This document shows, in pieces, positions 37,786 through 51,320 of a stretch of 64,000 bases of DNA. Source of the stretch: the human T2T-CHM13v2.0 reference genome, Homo sapiens. The stretch lies in assembly GCF_009914755.1 (NCBI RefSeq), contig NC_060929.1. One strand, given 5' to 3'. Both the position numbers and the translations under genes were made by a program. Position 1 is the stretch's first letter. Each line of letters starts with the position of its first letter. The notes under the pieces were generated by a model that was not told where the DNA came from, made no database searches, and saw nothing but the letters and a program-made list of their open reading frames with translations.

Positions 37786-40700
37786 ATGCTGAAGATAGGC
37801 CCCTAATCTCTTCTGGCTTGTAGCATTTCTACTGAAAGGTCCTCATTAGCCTGACGGGGTTTCCTTTGTAGGTGTCCTGCCCCTACTCTCTTTCTGCAGC
37901 TAATATTTTTTCTTCTGCTTTGACCTTGGAGAACTTGATGACCACGTGTCTTGGGGATGTTTGTCTTGTATGTTATCTCACAGGGATTCTCTGAATTTCC
38001 TGAATTTGCATGTTGACCTCTCTAGCGAGGTTGGAGATATTTTTGTGGACAATATGCTCAAATAAGTTTTCCAAATTGCTTGCTCTCTCTTCCTTTTTTT
38101 CAGGGACTCCAGTGAGTCATAGATTTGGTCTGTTTACATAATCCCATATTTGTTAGAGGTTTTTTTTTTTTTTTTTGTCTGTCTGACTTGATTCAAAGAA
38201 GCCATAATCAAGTTCTGAGATTATTTCCTCAAGTTGGTCTATTTTGCTGGTAATACTTCCAATTGTATTATGAAATTCTTTTTTTTTAGTTCCTAAAGGC
38301 TTTTAAAAAAATTTAAAAAATATATTTTGTGTATAATAAGTTATTAATTGGTGATTTCTGTGATCTGGGGGCACCCATCACCCAGACAGTGTGCATTCTA
38401 CCCAATGTGTAGTCTTTTATCCCTCACCCCCTCCCACCCTTTCCACTAAGTTCCAATGTCCATGATATCATTCTTATGCTTTTGCATCCTCATAGCTTAG
38501 CTCCCACTTATGAGTGAGAACATACGTTTGGTTTTCCATTCCTGAGTTACTTCACTAGAATAATGGTCTCCAATTCCATCCAGATTGCTGTGAATGCCAT
38601 TATTTAATTCCTTTTTATGGCTGAGTAGTATTCCATGGTGTATATATACATTTTCTTTATTCACTCATTGATTGATGTGCATTTGGACTGGTTCCATGTT
38701 TTTGCAATTGCAAATCGTGCTGCTATAAACATGCGTTTGCAAGTATCTTTTTCACATAATGACTTCTTTTCCTGTGGGTAGATACCAGGAGTAGGACTGC
38801 TCAATCAAATGGTAGATCTACTTTTAGTTAAGGAATCCTCATGCTGTTTTCCATAGTGGTTGTACTAGTTTACATTCATACAAACAGTGTAAAAGTGTTC
38901 CATTTTCACCACATCCATGCCAACATCTATTATTTTGTGATTTCTTGATTATGGCTATTCTTGCAAAAGCAGGGTAGTATCACATTTTGGTTTTGATTTG
39001 CATTTCTCTGATCATTAGTAATGTTGAGCATTTTTTTCATATGCTTGTTGGCCATTTGTATATCTTCTTTTGAGAATTGTCTATGTTTTTAGTACAATTT
39101 CTCATGGGATTGTTTGCTTTTTTCTTGCTGTTTTGTTTGAGTTCCATGTAGATTCTGGATATTAGTCCTTTGTCAGATGTATACATTGCAAAGATTTTAT
39201 CCCATTCTGTGAGTTATCTGTTTACTCTGCTGATTATTTCTTTTGCTGTGCCAAATCTTTTTAGTTTAATTTAATCCCATCTATTTATTTTTGTTTTTGT
39301 TGCATCTGCTTTTGGGTTCTTGGTCATGAAGTCTTTGCCTGAGCCAATGTCTAGAAGGGGTTTTTTTCAATGTTATCTTCTAGAATTTTTATGGTTCAAG
39401 TCTTAAATTTAACTCTTTTAACCATCTTGAGTTGATTTTTGCATAAGGTGAGAGATGAGGATCTAGTTTCATTCTTCTACACGTGGCTTGCCAACCATCC
39501 CAGTACCATTTGCTGAATAGGGTGTCCTTTTCCCACGTTATGTTTTTGTTGTTTTGTCAAAAATCAGTTGACTTAAAGTATTTGGCTTTATTTCTGGGTT
39601 CCCCGTTCTGTTCCATTGGTCTATATTCCTGTTTTTTGTTTTTTGTTTTTTTTTTTTACCAGTATCATCCTGTTTTGGTGACTATGACTTTATAGTGTAG
39701 TTTGAAGTCAGATAATGTAATGCCTCAAGATTTGTTCTTTTTGCTTTGTTTTGCTTTGGCAATGTGGGCTCTTTTTTGGTTATATATGAATTTTAGGATT
39801 TTATTCCTAGTTACATGAAGAATGATAGTGGTATTTTGATGGGAATTGCATTGAATTTTTAGATTGCTTTTGGCAGTATGGTCATTTTCCCAATATTGAT
39901 TCTACCCATCATGAGCATGGGATGTGTTTCCATTTGTTTGTGTCATCTATGATAATTTTTAGCAGTGTTTTATAGTTTTCCTTGTGAGATTTTTCACCTC
40001 CTTGGTTAAGTATATTCCTAAATATTTTATTTTATTTTTGCAGCTAATTGTAAAAGGATTTGAGTTCTTGATTTGATTCTAGCTTGGTTGCTGTTGGTGT
40101 ATAGCAGGGCTACTGATTTTTGTTTATTATTCTGTATCCTGAACTTTACTGAATTCATTTGCCACTTCTAGGAGCTTTTTGGATGAGTCATTAGGTTTTT
40201 CTAGGTATACGAACATATCTTGTGCAATCACCAACAGTTTGACTTCCTCTTTACAGATTTGGATACCCTTTATATATTTTTTCTCTTGTCTGATTGCTCT
40301 GGCTAGGACTTCCAGTACTATGTTGAATAGAAGTGGCGGAGGTGGGCATTCTTGTCTTGTTCCAGTTCTCAGAAGGAATGCTTTCAACTTTTCCCCATTC
40401 AGTATAATGTTTGTTGTGGGTTTGTTATAGATGGCTTTTATTACCTTAAGGTATGTTCCTTCTACGCTGATTTTGCTGAGGGTTTTAATTATAAAGTGAT
40501 GCTGGAATTTGTCAAATGCTTTTTCTGCATCTATTGAGATGATCATGTACTTTTTGTTTTTAATTCTGTTTATGTGGTGTATCACATTTACTAACTTGTG
40601 TATGATAAACCATCCCTGCTTCCCTGGTATGAAACCCACTTCATCATGTTGTATTATACTTTTGATATGTTGCTGGATTCGGTTATCTGGTATTTTGTTG

Positions 40701-42092
40701 AGAATTTTTGCATCTATGTTCATCAGGGATATTGGTCTGTAGTTTTCTTTATTTGTTATGTCCTTTCCTGGTTTTGGTATTAGGGTGATACTGGCTTCAC
40801 AGAATAATTTAGGGAGGAGTCCCTCTTTACCTTTTGGAATAGTCTCAATAGGATTGGTACCAATTCTTTGAATGTCTGATAGAATTCTGCTGTGAATCCA
40901 TCTGGTTCTGGACTTTTTTTGTTGTTGTTAACTTTTTAATTATCATTTCAATCTCACTGTTATTGGTCTGTTCAGAGTTTCTATTTCTTCCTGATTTAAT
41001 CTAGGAGGGCTGTATTCTTCCAGGAATCTATCCATTTCCTCTAGGTTTTCTAGTTTATGTACATAAAGGTGTCCATAGTAGCCTTAAATGACCTTTTGTA
41101 TTTCTGTGGTATTGGTTGTAATACTTTCCATTTCATTTCCAGTTGAGCTTATTTGGGTTTTCTCTCCCCTTTTCTTAGTAAATCTTGCTTATGGTTTCTT
41201 AATTTTATTTATCTTTTCAAAGAACCAAGTTTTTGTTTCATTTGTCTTTTGTATTTTTTAAAAAATTTCATTTAGTTCTACTCTGATCTGTCTTCTTCTG
41301 TGCTGGATTTGGGCTTGGTTTTTTCTTGCTACTCTTATTCCCTGAGGCTTGACCTTAGATTGTCTATTTGTGCTCTTTCAGACTTTCTGATGTTGGCATT
41401 CCATACTATAAACTTTCCTCATAGCACTGCTTTTGCTATATCCCAGAGGTTTTGATAGGTTGTGTCACTATTATCGTTCAGTTCAAAGAATTTTTAAATT
41501 TTCATCATGAGTATATTGTTGACCCAATGATCATTCAGGAGCAGGTTATTTTATTTCCATGTATTTGAATGGTTTTGAGGGTTCCTTTTGGAGTTGATTT
41601 CCAGTTTTATTCCACTGTGGTCTGAGACAGTACTTGATATAATTTCAATTTTCTTAAATTTGTTGAGACTTGTTCTGTGGCCTATCATATGGTCTATTTT
41701 AGAGAATGTTCCATGTGCTGGTGAATAGAATGCATATTCTGGAGTTGTTTGGTAGAATGTTCTGTAAATGTCTGTTAAGTCCATTTGTTGTAAGGTATAG
41801 TTAAGTCCACTGTTTCTTTGTTGACTTTCCATCTTGATGACCTGTCTAGTGCTGTTAGTGGAGTATTGAAGTCCCCCATTATTATTGTGTTGCCATCTAT
41901 CTCATTTTTTAGGTCTAGTAGTAATTGTTTTATAAATTTGTGAACTCCAGTGTTAGGTGCATATGTATTTAGGATTGTGATATTTTCCTGTTGGACTAGT
42001 CATTTTATCATTATATAATGTCTGTCTTTGTCTTCTTTAACTGCTGTTCTGTTAATGTTTGTTTTGTCTCATATAAGAATAGCTATTCCTGA

Positions 42093-42549
<457 letters not shown>

Positions 42550-43827
42550 TATTCTACATATTTTAAGTGGAGTATTTAGGCTATTTATATTCAACATTAA
42601 TATTGATATGTGAGGTACTGTTCTATTCATCATGTTATTTGTTGCCTGAATTTTTTTCATTGTGTTATTGTTTTATAGGTCCTGTGAGATGTATGCTATA
42701 AGGAGATTCTATTTTGATTTATTTTGAGGATTTGTTTCAAGATTTGGAGCTTTTTTTTTTTTTTTAGCAGTTTTTGTGCTGCCTTGGTAGTGGCAAATTC
42801 TCTCAGCATTTGTTTGTCTGAAAAAGACTATCTTTCCTTTCATTGGATACAAATTTCTTGGCTGATAATTGTTTTGTTTAAGGAGGCTAAATATAGGACC
42901 CCAATCTCTTCTAGCTTGTAGGGTTTCTGCTGAGAAATCTGTTGTTAATTTGATATTTTTTTAACAGGTTACCTGATGCTTTTGCCTCACAGCTCTTAAG
43001 ATTCTTTCCTTCATCTTCACTTTAGATAACTTGACGACTATGTGCTGAAGTGATGATCTTTTTGCAATGAATTTCCCGGATGTTCTTTGTGCTTATTATA
43101 TTTGGATGTCTAGATCTCTAGCAAGGCTGGGGAAATTTTTCTTGATTATTTCCTCAAATATGTTTTCCAAACTTTTATATTTCTCTGCTTTGGGAACACC
43201 AATTATTCCTAAGTTTGGTAGTTTAACATGATCCCAAACTTCTTGAAGTTTATGTTCATTTTCCAACAATTCTTTTTTCTTTGTCTTTGTTAGATTGTTT
43301 AATTCAAAAACCTTGTCTCTGAGCTCTGAAGTTCTTCTTTCTTCTTGTTTGATTCTGTTGCTCATACCTTCCAGTGCATTTCGCATTTCTCTAAGTGTAT
43401 CCTTCACTTCCAGAAGTCGTGATTGTTATTTATTCATGCAATCTGTTTCACTGGGGATTTTTTCATTCATATCTAGCATCATTTTTTTGATGTCTTTAAG
43501 TTGATCTTTACCTTTTGCTGGTGCTCCCTTGATTAGCTTAATAATTGACCTGAATTCTGTTTCTGGCAATTCAGAGATTTCATCTCGATTTGGATCCACC
43601 GCTGGTGAGCTAGTGCGATCTTTTGGGGGTGTTAAAGAAACTTGTTTTGTCATGTTACCACAGTTGTTTTTCTGATTCCTTCTCATTTGGGTAGACAATG
43701 TCAGAGGGAAGATCTGGAGCTCAAGGGCTGCTGTTCAGATTCTTTTGTCCCATAGAGTGATCGCTTTATTTAATACTCTCTGCCTTCCCCTAGGGATGGG
43801 GCTTCCTCACAGCCAAACTGCAGTGAA

Positions 43828-45025
43828 TTTTTTTTTTCTAATTATACTTTAAGTTTTAGGGTACATGTGCAAAACGTACAGGTTAGTTACATACGTATAC
43901 ATGTGCCATGTTGGTGTGCTGCATCCATTAACTCGTCATTTAACATTAGGTATATCTCCTAATGCTATCCCTCCCCCCTCCCCACACCCCACAACGGGAC
44001 CCAGTGTGTGATGTTCCCCTTCCTGGGTCCATATGTTCTCATTGTTCAATTCCCACCTGTGAGTGAGAACATGTGGTGTTTGGTTTTTTTGTCTTTGTGA
44101 TAGTTTGCTGAGAATGATGGTTTCCAGCTTCATCCATGTCCCTACAAAGGACATGAACTCATCGTTGTTTATGGCTGCATAGTATTCCATGGTGTGTATA
44201 TGCCACATTTTCTTAATCCAATCTATTATTGTTGGACATTTGGCTTGGTTCCAAGTCTTTGCTATTGTGAATAGTGCCGCAGTAAACATACGTGTGCATG
44301 TGTCTTTATAGCAGCATGATTTATAATCCTTTGGGTATATACCCAGTAATGGGATGGCTGGGTCAAATGGTATTTCTAGTTCTAGATCCTTGAGGAATTG
44401 CCACACTGACTTCCACAGTGGTTGAACTAGTTTACAGTCCCACAAACAGTGTAAAAGTGTTCCTATTTCTCCACATCCTCTCCAGCACCTGTTGTTTCCT
44501 GACTTTTTAATGATCGCCATTCTTACTGGTGTGAGATGGTATCTCATTGTGGTTTTGATTTGCATTTCTCTGATGGCCAGTGATGATGAGCATTTTTTCA
44601 TGTGTTTTTTGTCTGCATAAATGTCTTCTTTTGTGTCTGTTCATATCCTTCATCCACTTTTTGATGGGGTTGTTTTTTTTTTCTTGTAAATTTGTTGGAG
44701 TTCATTGTAGATTCTGGATATTAGCCCTTTGTCAGATGAGTAGATTGCAAAAAGTTTCTCCCATTTTGTAGATTGCCTGTTCACTCTGATGGTAGTTTCT
44801 GTTGCTGTGCAGAAGCTCTTTAGTTTAATGAGATCCCATTTGTCAATTTTGGCTTTTGTTGCCATTGCTTTTGGTGTTTTAGACATGAAGTCCTTGCCCA
44901 TGCCTATGTCCTGAATGGTATTGCCTAGGTTTTCTTCTAGGATTTTTATGGTTTCAGATCTAACATTTAAGTCTTTAATCCATCTTGAATTAATTTTTTG
45001 TAAGGTGTAAGGAAGGGATCCAGTA
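43828..45025 (-). mobile_element. 5'-truncated L1PA4-like element inserted in the L1PB 5'UTR
   Basis: TTATACTTTAAGTTTTAGGGTACATG 3' end; ORF 43936-44601 is the ORF2 C-terminus ([12 protein letters not shown]) with a frameshift. Confidence 0.92.
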
Positions 45026-46302
45026 CTTCTCTTCTGGATCCAGCCACCCAGTGGTGCTACCAGGCTCCAGGCTGACACTGGGGAGTGGCTGCAAACAGTT
45101 CTGTCATGTGATCTATCTTCAGGTCTCTCAGCCATAGATACCAGCACCTGCTCTGGTAGAGGTGGCAGGAGAGTAAGGACTCTGTGAGAGTCTTTGGTTG
45201 TATTTTTGTTCAGTGTGATGGTTTTGTATTGGTTGGCTTCCAGCATGGAGTAACGCTTTTAAGAGCACTTCAGCTGCAGTAGTATAGGGAGGATACAAGC
45301 TTGCCCTAGGGTCAGGCAGTGGGTGGGGCCATAGAGCTCCGAAGAGATTATGTCCTTTGCCTTTGGCTACCAGGGCAGGTAGAAAAAGACCATCAGTTGG
45401 GGGCAGGATTAGACTTGGGCAGGGCTTACTGCGGCTTCTGTGGGGGATGGGGGTGTGTTTCCAAGGCCAATGGAGTTATGTTCCCAGCAGGATTATGGTT
45501 GCCTCTGCTCTGTCACACAGGTTGCCAGGGAAGTGGGGGAAAACCAGCAGCCACAGGCCTTAATCAGCTCCCACACAGCCTGCAACCGAAAGGCAGGTCT
45601 CACTTTCACCATGCCCTCTTAACAGCACTGAGTTATTTCCAGGCAGCCGGTAGCAGGGCTGAGAACTTGCCCCAGGTTACAAGCCTCCCAGCTTAGAAAG
45701 AGAGCAGACTCACAGTTCCTTGGCTTGTCCCATGGAGCCTGCAGTGGCAATCCATCCCTTTAAAGGGTCTGTGGATTCTCTCAGCTTCCCTGATATGTTC
45801 CTATGGTAGTTCTTCGAGCAAAAGTTCACGATGTGAGTCTCCACACGCTGCTGTGTCCATTTGAGTGGGAGCTGCAAGTTACTCCTGCCTCCTATCTGCC
45901 ATTTTTTTTCCTTTTTCCTCTGTATTATGAAATTTTTATAGTGAGTTATTCAGCTCTATCAGATCAGTTTGTTTCTTTCTTAAAATGGCTATTTTGTCTT
46001 TCAGCTGTTGTATCAGTTTATGGGATTGCTTAGATTTCTCGAATTGGTTTTCAACTTTCTTTATGGCTACGCAAATTCTGAATTCTATGTTTGTCATTGC
46101 AGATATTTCAGTCTGGTTAAGGACCATTGCTGGGAAGCTAGTGTGGTTATTTCGAGGTAAGGAGACACCCTAGCTTTTTGAGTTGCCAGAGTTCTTGCAC
46201 TGTGTTGATCTGATTTTTAAAACACTGATGGCATGAGCAATATCCACTTCTTTTAACTTTCTACACCATGTTGTACTCTGCAATTTCTCAGTTGATTAAT
46301 GA

Positions 46303-46525
46303 TAATAATATTAATGTTACATTCATTAAGAAGTTAGTATTTTGTCAGGCACTCTACTAAGTACCTTAGTGATATCTTCCTCAGAACCTTATTCTCATCT
46401 TTATGTTAGAGGTGAGAAAACCGAGAAGTAAAAAATTAATGAGTTTGATTAATGTCACCTATTTAGTAAGTTGCAGATCTCGGACTGTAACCCAAACTGT
46501 TTGGTTCTAAACCCTTCTGAATAAC
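46303..46525 (-). mobile_element. MIR (MIRb-like)
   Basis: GTCAGGCACTCTACTAAG...AGAGGTGAGAAAACCGAG...GTCACC...TAGTAAGTTGCAGA. Confidence 0.75.
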
Positions 46526-48444
46526 AATCTTATTGTATTGCTTATTAAATAGTAGATTAGCAGAGCACTAAATTGTCTTTCAATACCTACGAAAACTTTG
46601 AATTTCCTATAGACGTCTACTGCCCCTAGTAAACATTTTCATGCCCAAAGGCTAAGCAATAACATAACTTTGAAGACCTTTATGATATTTAGTTTCAATT
46701 TCTCAGGGTGCATCTTAATTGCTTTACGTTTGAACACTGGGTTTAATTAAACACACATGTAGACGTATACACACACCTCACAATATCTTTTATTCTTTGC
46801 TTAGTAAAACAGCACATATTAACTTCAAATTAGAGATTATCCATGTTTATTAAAATGTAAAATAATTACCAAAGTGTGATGCTATTTTAAAAATAAATAT
46901 TTGGTGTTATTTTATCAACATGTATAGTTTATTAACTGTTTACTTTCAGACCTTGCAATAAAACTGTTCCAAATCTGTCTCTTGGGAACTGTTTAGTTGG
47001 CTTATTATATATTCCTTAAATTTATAGCTTTCATCCAGGTCTGTTTTCAATGTTCACAACTTGAAAAAATTTAACTAGGATGTAACTGCTTTGCAGATGA
47101 CTTCATCAATACAGTCTTCCCTCCATAGACTACTGTAATTTAGGATCTGTCAGAGGGTTATTTAATGAGCCCCTCCTATTTGCAGTATTTATAACCTACT
47201 AGGATAACTACATCAATTTCTGAGATGCTGAAGAAGATTGTAGAATTTATTTTGTTGTAAATCTATGATGCTTTGCAGGTGTGCTTTGCAATATTTTTTT
47301 TCCTGAGTTAAAAGAAATTGTACTCAGTTATTTTTAAAAATCAGCTTTGAGATTAACAATTAGATATCAAAATTATTCTAAAAGTATATTTAAAACATAC
47401 TTATATTTGTACATCAGATTTGCTTATGCTCACTTTTATAGCCAGCAAATAGTTCCCCCAAAGACTAAACCAATTTAGGTCAATTTGGTAAAAAAAAAAA
47501 ATTATGGATTTACTTTTGGCAAATTTCTCTAAAATTAGCTCGCTTCATAAATCATATGCCAAATGGATTTCAACATGTTTTTGTTTAAAGCATTTAATAT
47601 TCTCCCAATGCAAAGAGAAAATCCCAAGCCTGTTAAAGTTTTTCAGTGAAATTTTATTGGGTTTCTTCGTTGTATCATTAAAATCAATTTTATCAAGAGT
47701 TTCTTCCTTCTCCAGTCATCTTAGATTTGTAGAAATTGGTGCTGAAGACTTGTATTACAAATAGCTTATCTTTTATAAACTAAATTATAGTGTTAGCATA
47801 ATAACTAAAAAAATTCTTAGTTTCATGGGAGGTAAATAATTTAATGATTTTATAAAAATTTTGAAGGAATGAAGGTTAGCTACTTCCCCACCATTCCCTT
47901 CCAAGTATAACAAAAGAAAGTTTTAGACAAAAATCTGCAATATGTACAGACAGTAATTAAACTAACAATTATTAGTAAGCAGGCAAAAAATAGTTTGCTC
48001 AACCTGCTTTATAAGCTTGATGAAGTTCCAGCTTTCTATTCTTTCTGGAGATCTACTACCTTTTTAAAGCATCTTCAATCTTGCATGAAAGATCACTCAA
48101 GGGATATGCAACACATTTCAGAAGAAGAATTCTGCTACCCTGAGAGTATCAGGCCAAGAGAAATCCTACTAAACTAATGGTTGCATACAGGGCTATTTTG
48201 GGATTAAACCTCAACACTGTTACTAAGGAGAAAGGGGAAAGACTTTGTAGGATTCTTATATCCTGTACATAAAAGTATAGGGAATTGTCTCTAAAATAGT
48301 TTTAGCCAATTCACTTTACTTGAATAGCTTCTGATTTAACTTGTGAAAGCTAATATCTAACAGGTATTCTGCTAATAAGAAAGTCATTAATTTTATCAAT
48401 AGAAACATATTTTTGACATATGGTATTCAAATTACAAAGCTCTG

Positions 48445-48538
48445 TTATCAAGTAAGATGTGAATAAGAGAAGGTGGATTATTATTCAGCAAGAGGTGAAA
48501 AAGAGAATGCGTATTATTATCAAGCAAGATGTGAATTA
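48445..48538. repeat. Degenerate 36-bp tandem repeat (2.6 copies)
   Basis: TTATCAAGTAAGATGTGAATAAGAGAAGGTGGATTA / TTATTCAGCAAGAGGTGAAAAAGAGAATGCGTATTA / TTATCAAGCAAGATGTGAATTA. Confidence 0.85.
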
Positions 48539-49463
48539 CGTACATATATAATGTATATCACATTGAACTGTCTATGGTGAGGTATTTGTGTAAATTACAG
48601 ATATCACAAAAGCTCAGATTAGGAGGAAGCAAAGAAAATTGGAGGTATGTCTTCAAAATTCCTTACTCCAAATTCCATGTGTGGCTTTACATTTAATTAA
48701 CAAAACTTCTTGTGTTTTAAAAATATAATCTTTGTTCCAATATAAAATATAGTTAAAGCTTTATTTATAGAGAAAGCCATCTACCTTTCAATTTTCAGTT
48801 TTCCCTGTCACTGTCAGGGCACTTTTGCTCTCATGACCAGAACTCATTTGTGGTTCTGACTTGTTAGTGTCACAGGTCAGTATTCCCAGAATGAGACTCT
48901 GAGATAGATTTAGGGGTGTCAAGTTTCACTGGAGAGTAATCCTATAAAAGGAAAAGTATGAAAACAGAATTTCAATCTGACAGCCTGGGAAAGAGCTCTG
49001 GAGTAAAGAAGTCCTATTAGAGAAGTCAGTATTGAGTAGAAATAGCTAGGCACTGGTATCATTGCCTATTCATTGACTTGAATGAATTGGCTACCCCAAG
49101 TAGTGTATGTCCTCATCTACTGCTATGTAATTGATCAGGAAGTATCCTGAGACTAGCATAACCTGGGCTAGAGAATGAGGTGGACTCTGCCAAATCTAAC
49201 TGCTGGAAGCTGTCGGCCACATTCTTCACAGCTGGGCAGCAATTCCTTTGCTTCAAAAACATATTTTCTTTCAAAAACATATTGAAGTATGTTTTGAGTG
49301 TTACATCTCCGTGTTTGCCACAGTGCATGCTTTGTGCTGTGCTGATCCTCTTCTCTATACTCATTTGGGGAGAAGCTTCTTCAGTGCTGTGGTGGGCCTC
49401 TCTTGCTAAGGGTAAACTTAAAAGAAGTTAGTGCTATATTGCACGTATAAAAGTTTAGTGCTA

Positions 49464-49499
49464 TTAGGTTTGTGCAAAAGTAATTGCAGTTTTTGTCAT
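49464..49499 (+). mobile_element. Half MADE1 (Hsmar1 mariner TIR)
   Basis: TA + TTAGGTTTGTGCAAAAGTAATTGCAGTTTTTGTCAT versus MADE1 TTAGGTTGGTGCAAAAGTAATTGCGGTTTTTGCCAT. Confidence 0.85.
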
Positions 49500-50093
49500 C
49501 TATTGCGTGGTATAGTAAGACCCTGATGGGTGGGAAAGGCAAATATATGTTGGTAATAGGTGCTTATTCTCATGAGCATGAACCCTTGTCCCTTTTAAGA
49601 CAAAAGAGATCAAATGTAATTAATTTACCACTAGTGGCGAGTAGAATATCTTGAGGAATAATGATATACCAGGGGTGCACGTTGGTTACTAGAAAGTTGC
49701 ACTTTCAGAGGTGGCAGAGCTAGATCAACCCTGCTAAGCAGGAGCCATAGTTACCAGGCACATGCATAGCCTTCATCACTACCATGGTGACCAGCTGGTT
49801 CATGTGCTCATTGTATCAGTACTGAGGCGGTTGTTGACAATGGCTGGCTATTATCAGTTGGCCAAGACATTTTGTCTACTTGAGTGTTTAGTGCCTCTTC
49901 CATTATAAGTAATTTATGGTTACCATTAATGTGTGATACAAAGAACTGTCCCCTTTGTGGCCTCTTCTTATGCTCACCCACATGCCTCTACTCTAGAGCT
50001 TCTTGCCTCTGATATTACAAGCTTTCTTCCTCCAGGCCCCTGACAAGTTGGCCAGGTCAATTGCTGCTTCCCGTGTGCCTATGTATATTCTAA

Positions 50094-50392
50094 ACATACT
50101 TTGTTCAATAACATAGCCACTAATCACATAAGGCAATTGAACACTTGAAATGTGATGTTCCAAATTGAAATGTATTGTAGTTGTAAAATACAAACCAGAT
50201 ACATAAAACCTATCATGAAACAATGTAAAATATTTTATTAATTTTAAAGTAGTTATTATAGGTTAAATGATAATGTTTTAGGTATATTGAGTTAAATACT
50301 TCCTTTAAAATGTAGTTACTAGAAAAGTAAAGCTCATATATGGGGTTTGCATTTGTGGCTCACACAAGATTTTTTATTAGACAGCTTTGTTG
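50094..50392. mobile_element. MER33-like hAT-Charlie DNA transposon fossil
   Basis: TAGCCACTAATCACAT...CACTTGAAATGTG...AAAATGTAGTTACTAGAAAA...GTGGCTCAC...TATTAGACAGC. Confidence 0.75.
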
Positions 50393-50748
50393 TATACAAA
50401 CAAAGCAGATGGCCAGTTTCACTACCTTTGCCAATGTCTTTCAAGACAGCTTTTGAGTAGGGCTGTGATACAGCTTGTAACAGTTTTGGTTTTTATAGTT
50501 ACTCAACATATCCATCCATAATGCAAACTCATACCTTTTTAAGCTCTTTAAGGTGATTGCATAGGATTTTCCATTTATCTATTACTGTGCAGTAAGAACG
50601 AGGCATTGATGCAAGTGTGATGGGTGACATGTGAGACTGAGCTTCTGCAGCTTCCTTATGCCTGCTTGGCTTGCTCATGCTTGGTCCTGGATGTATTATT
50701 TTCATGTTGAGATAGATTATGCTAGGCTTGCCTGACTTTATGACTTGG

Positions 50749-51320
50749 TGTAGGATAAACACATGTAAAAGCAATAACAAATACACCTTTGGAATTACCC
50801 TGAATGGCAGATACACCCGAATGTGTGTTCTGAGCTATGGAATCTGGGAATGGCCAATCCTGAAACAAATTCCTTGTCTATGAGTGACATCTGAGCCCCT
50901 ATCCTATCTAATGGAACAAGGGTCATACAGGGGATTGAGGCCATGAGTTTTGGATTGGATGAAGGTTGCCAGGTGGAGGTCATTAAGGGGAGGGTGTTAA
51001 GTGAAAATGCTATATAAGCAGCATGCTGTTTGCAAGTGGTTGCGGTTTTCCTGCCTAGCCTCCCACCACTGGGCCATGTGGTTATCTTGTCCAGCCCGCT
51101 GCCACTGAACTGTATGTAGGGCAGATATGTTGTCCAGCCCACTGCCACTGGACAACATGTAAGGTGGATATGTTGTCCAGCACCCCCATCACAGGACTCT
51201 CCCCATGGTATGGAAGCCCTTAATAAAATTCTACATCTCATTTGCTGGCTCTGGGTCTTTTCTTCAGCCTCTTGAAATTGGTGCCTTCCCTATTGAGGGT
51301 AATAAGGATTCAGCACAACA
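50749..51320 (+). mobile_element. ERVL solo LTR (LTR47-like) inserted in the older ERVL pol
   Basis: TG...CA termini, near-perfect 5-bp TSD CTTGG/CTTAG, TATATAA ~51011, AATAAA ~51222, internal ~43-bp repeats at 51088-51181. Family name is tentative. Confidence 0.75.

Noticed and set aside
50795-51241. 148-aa minus-strand ORF
   Set aside because: Entirely within a solo LTR with internal repeats; no protein similarity recognised.
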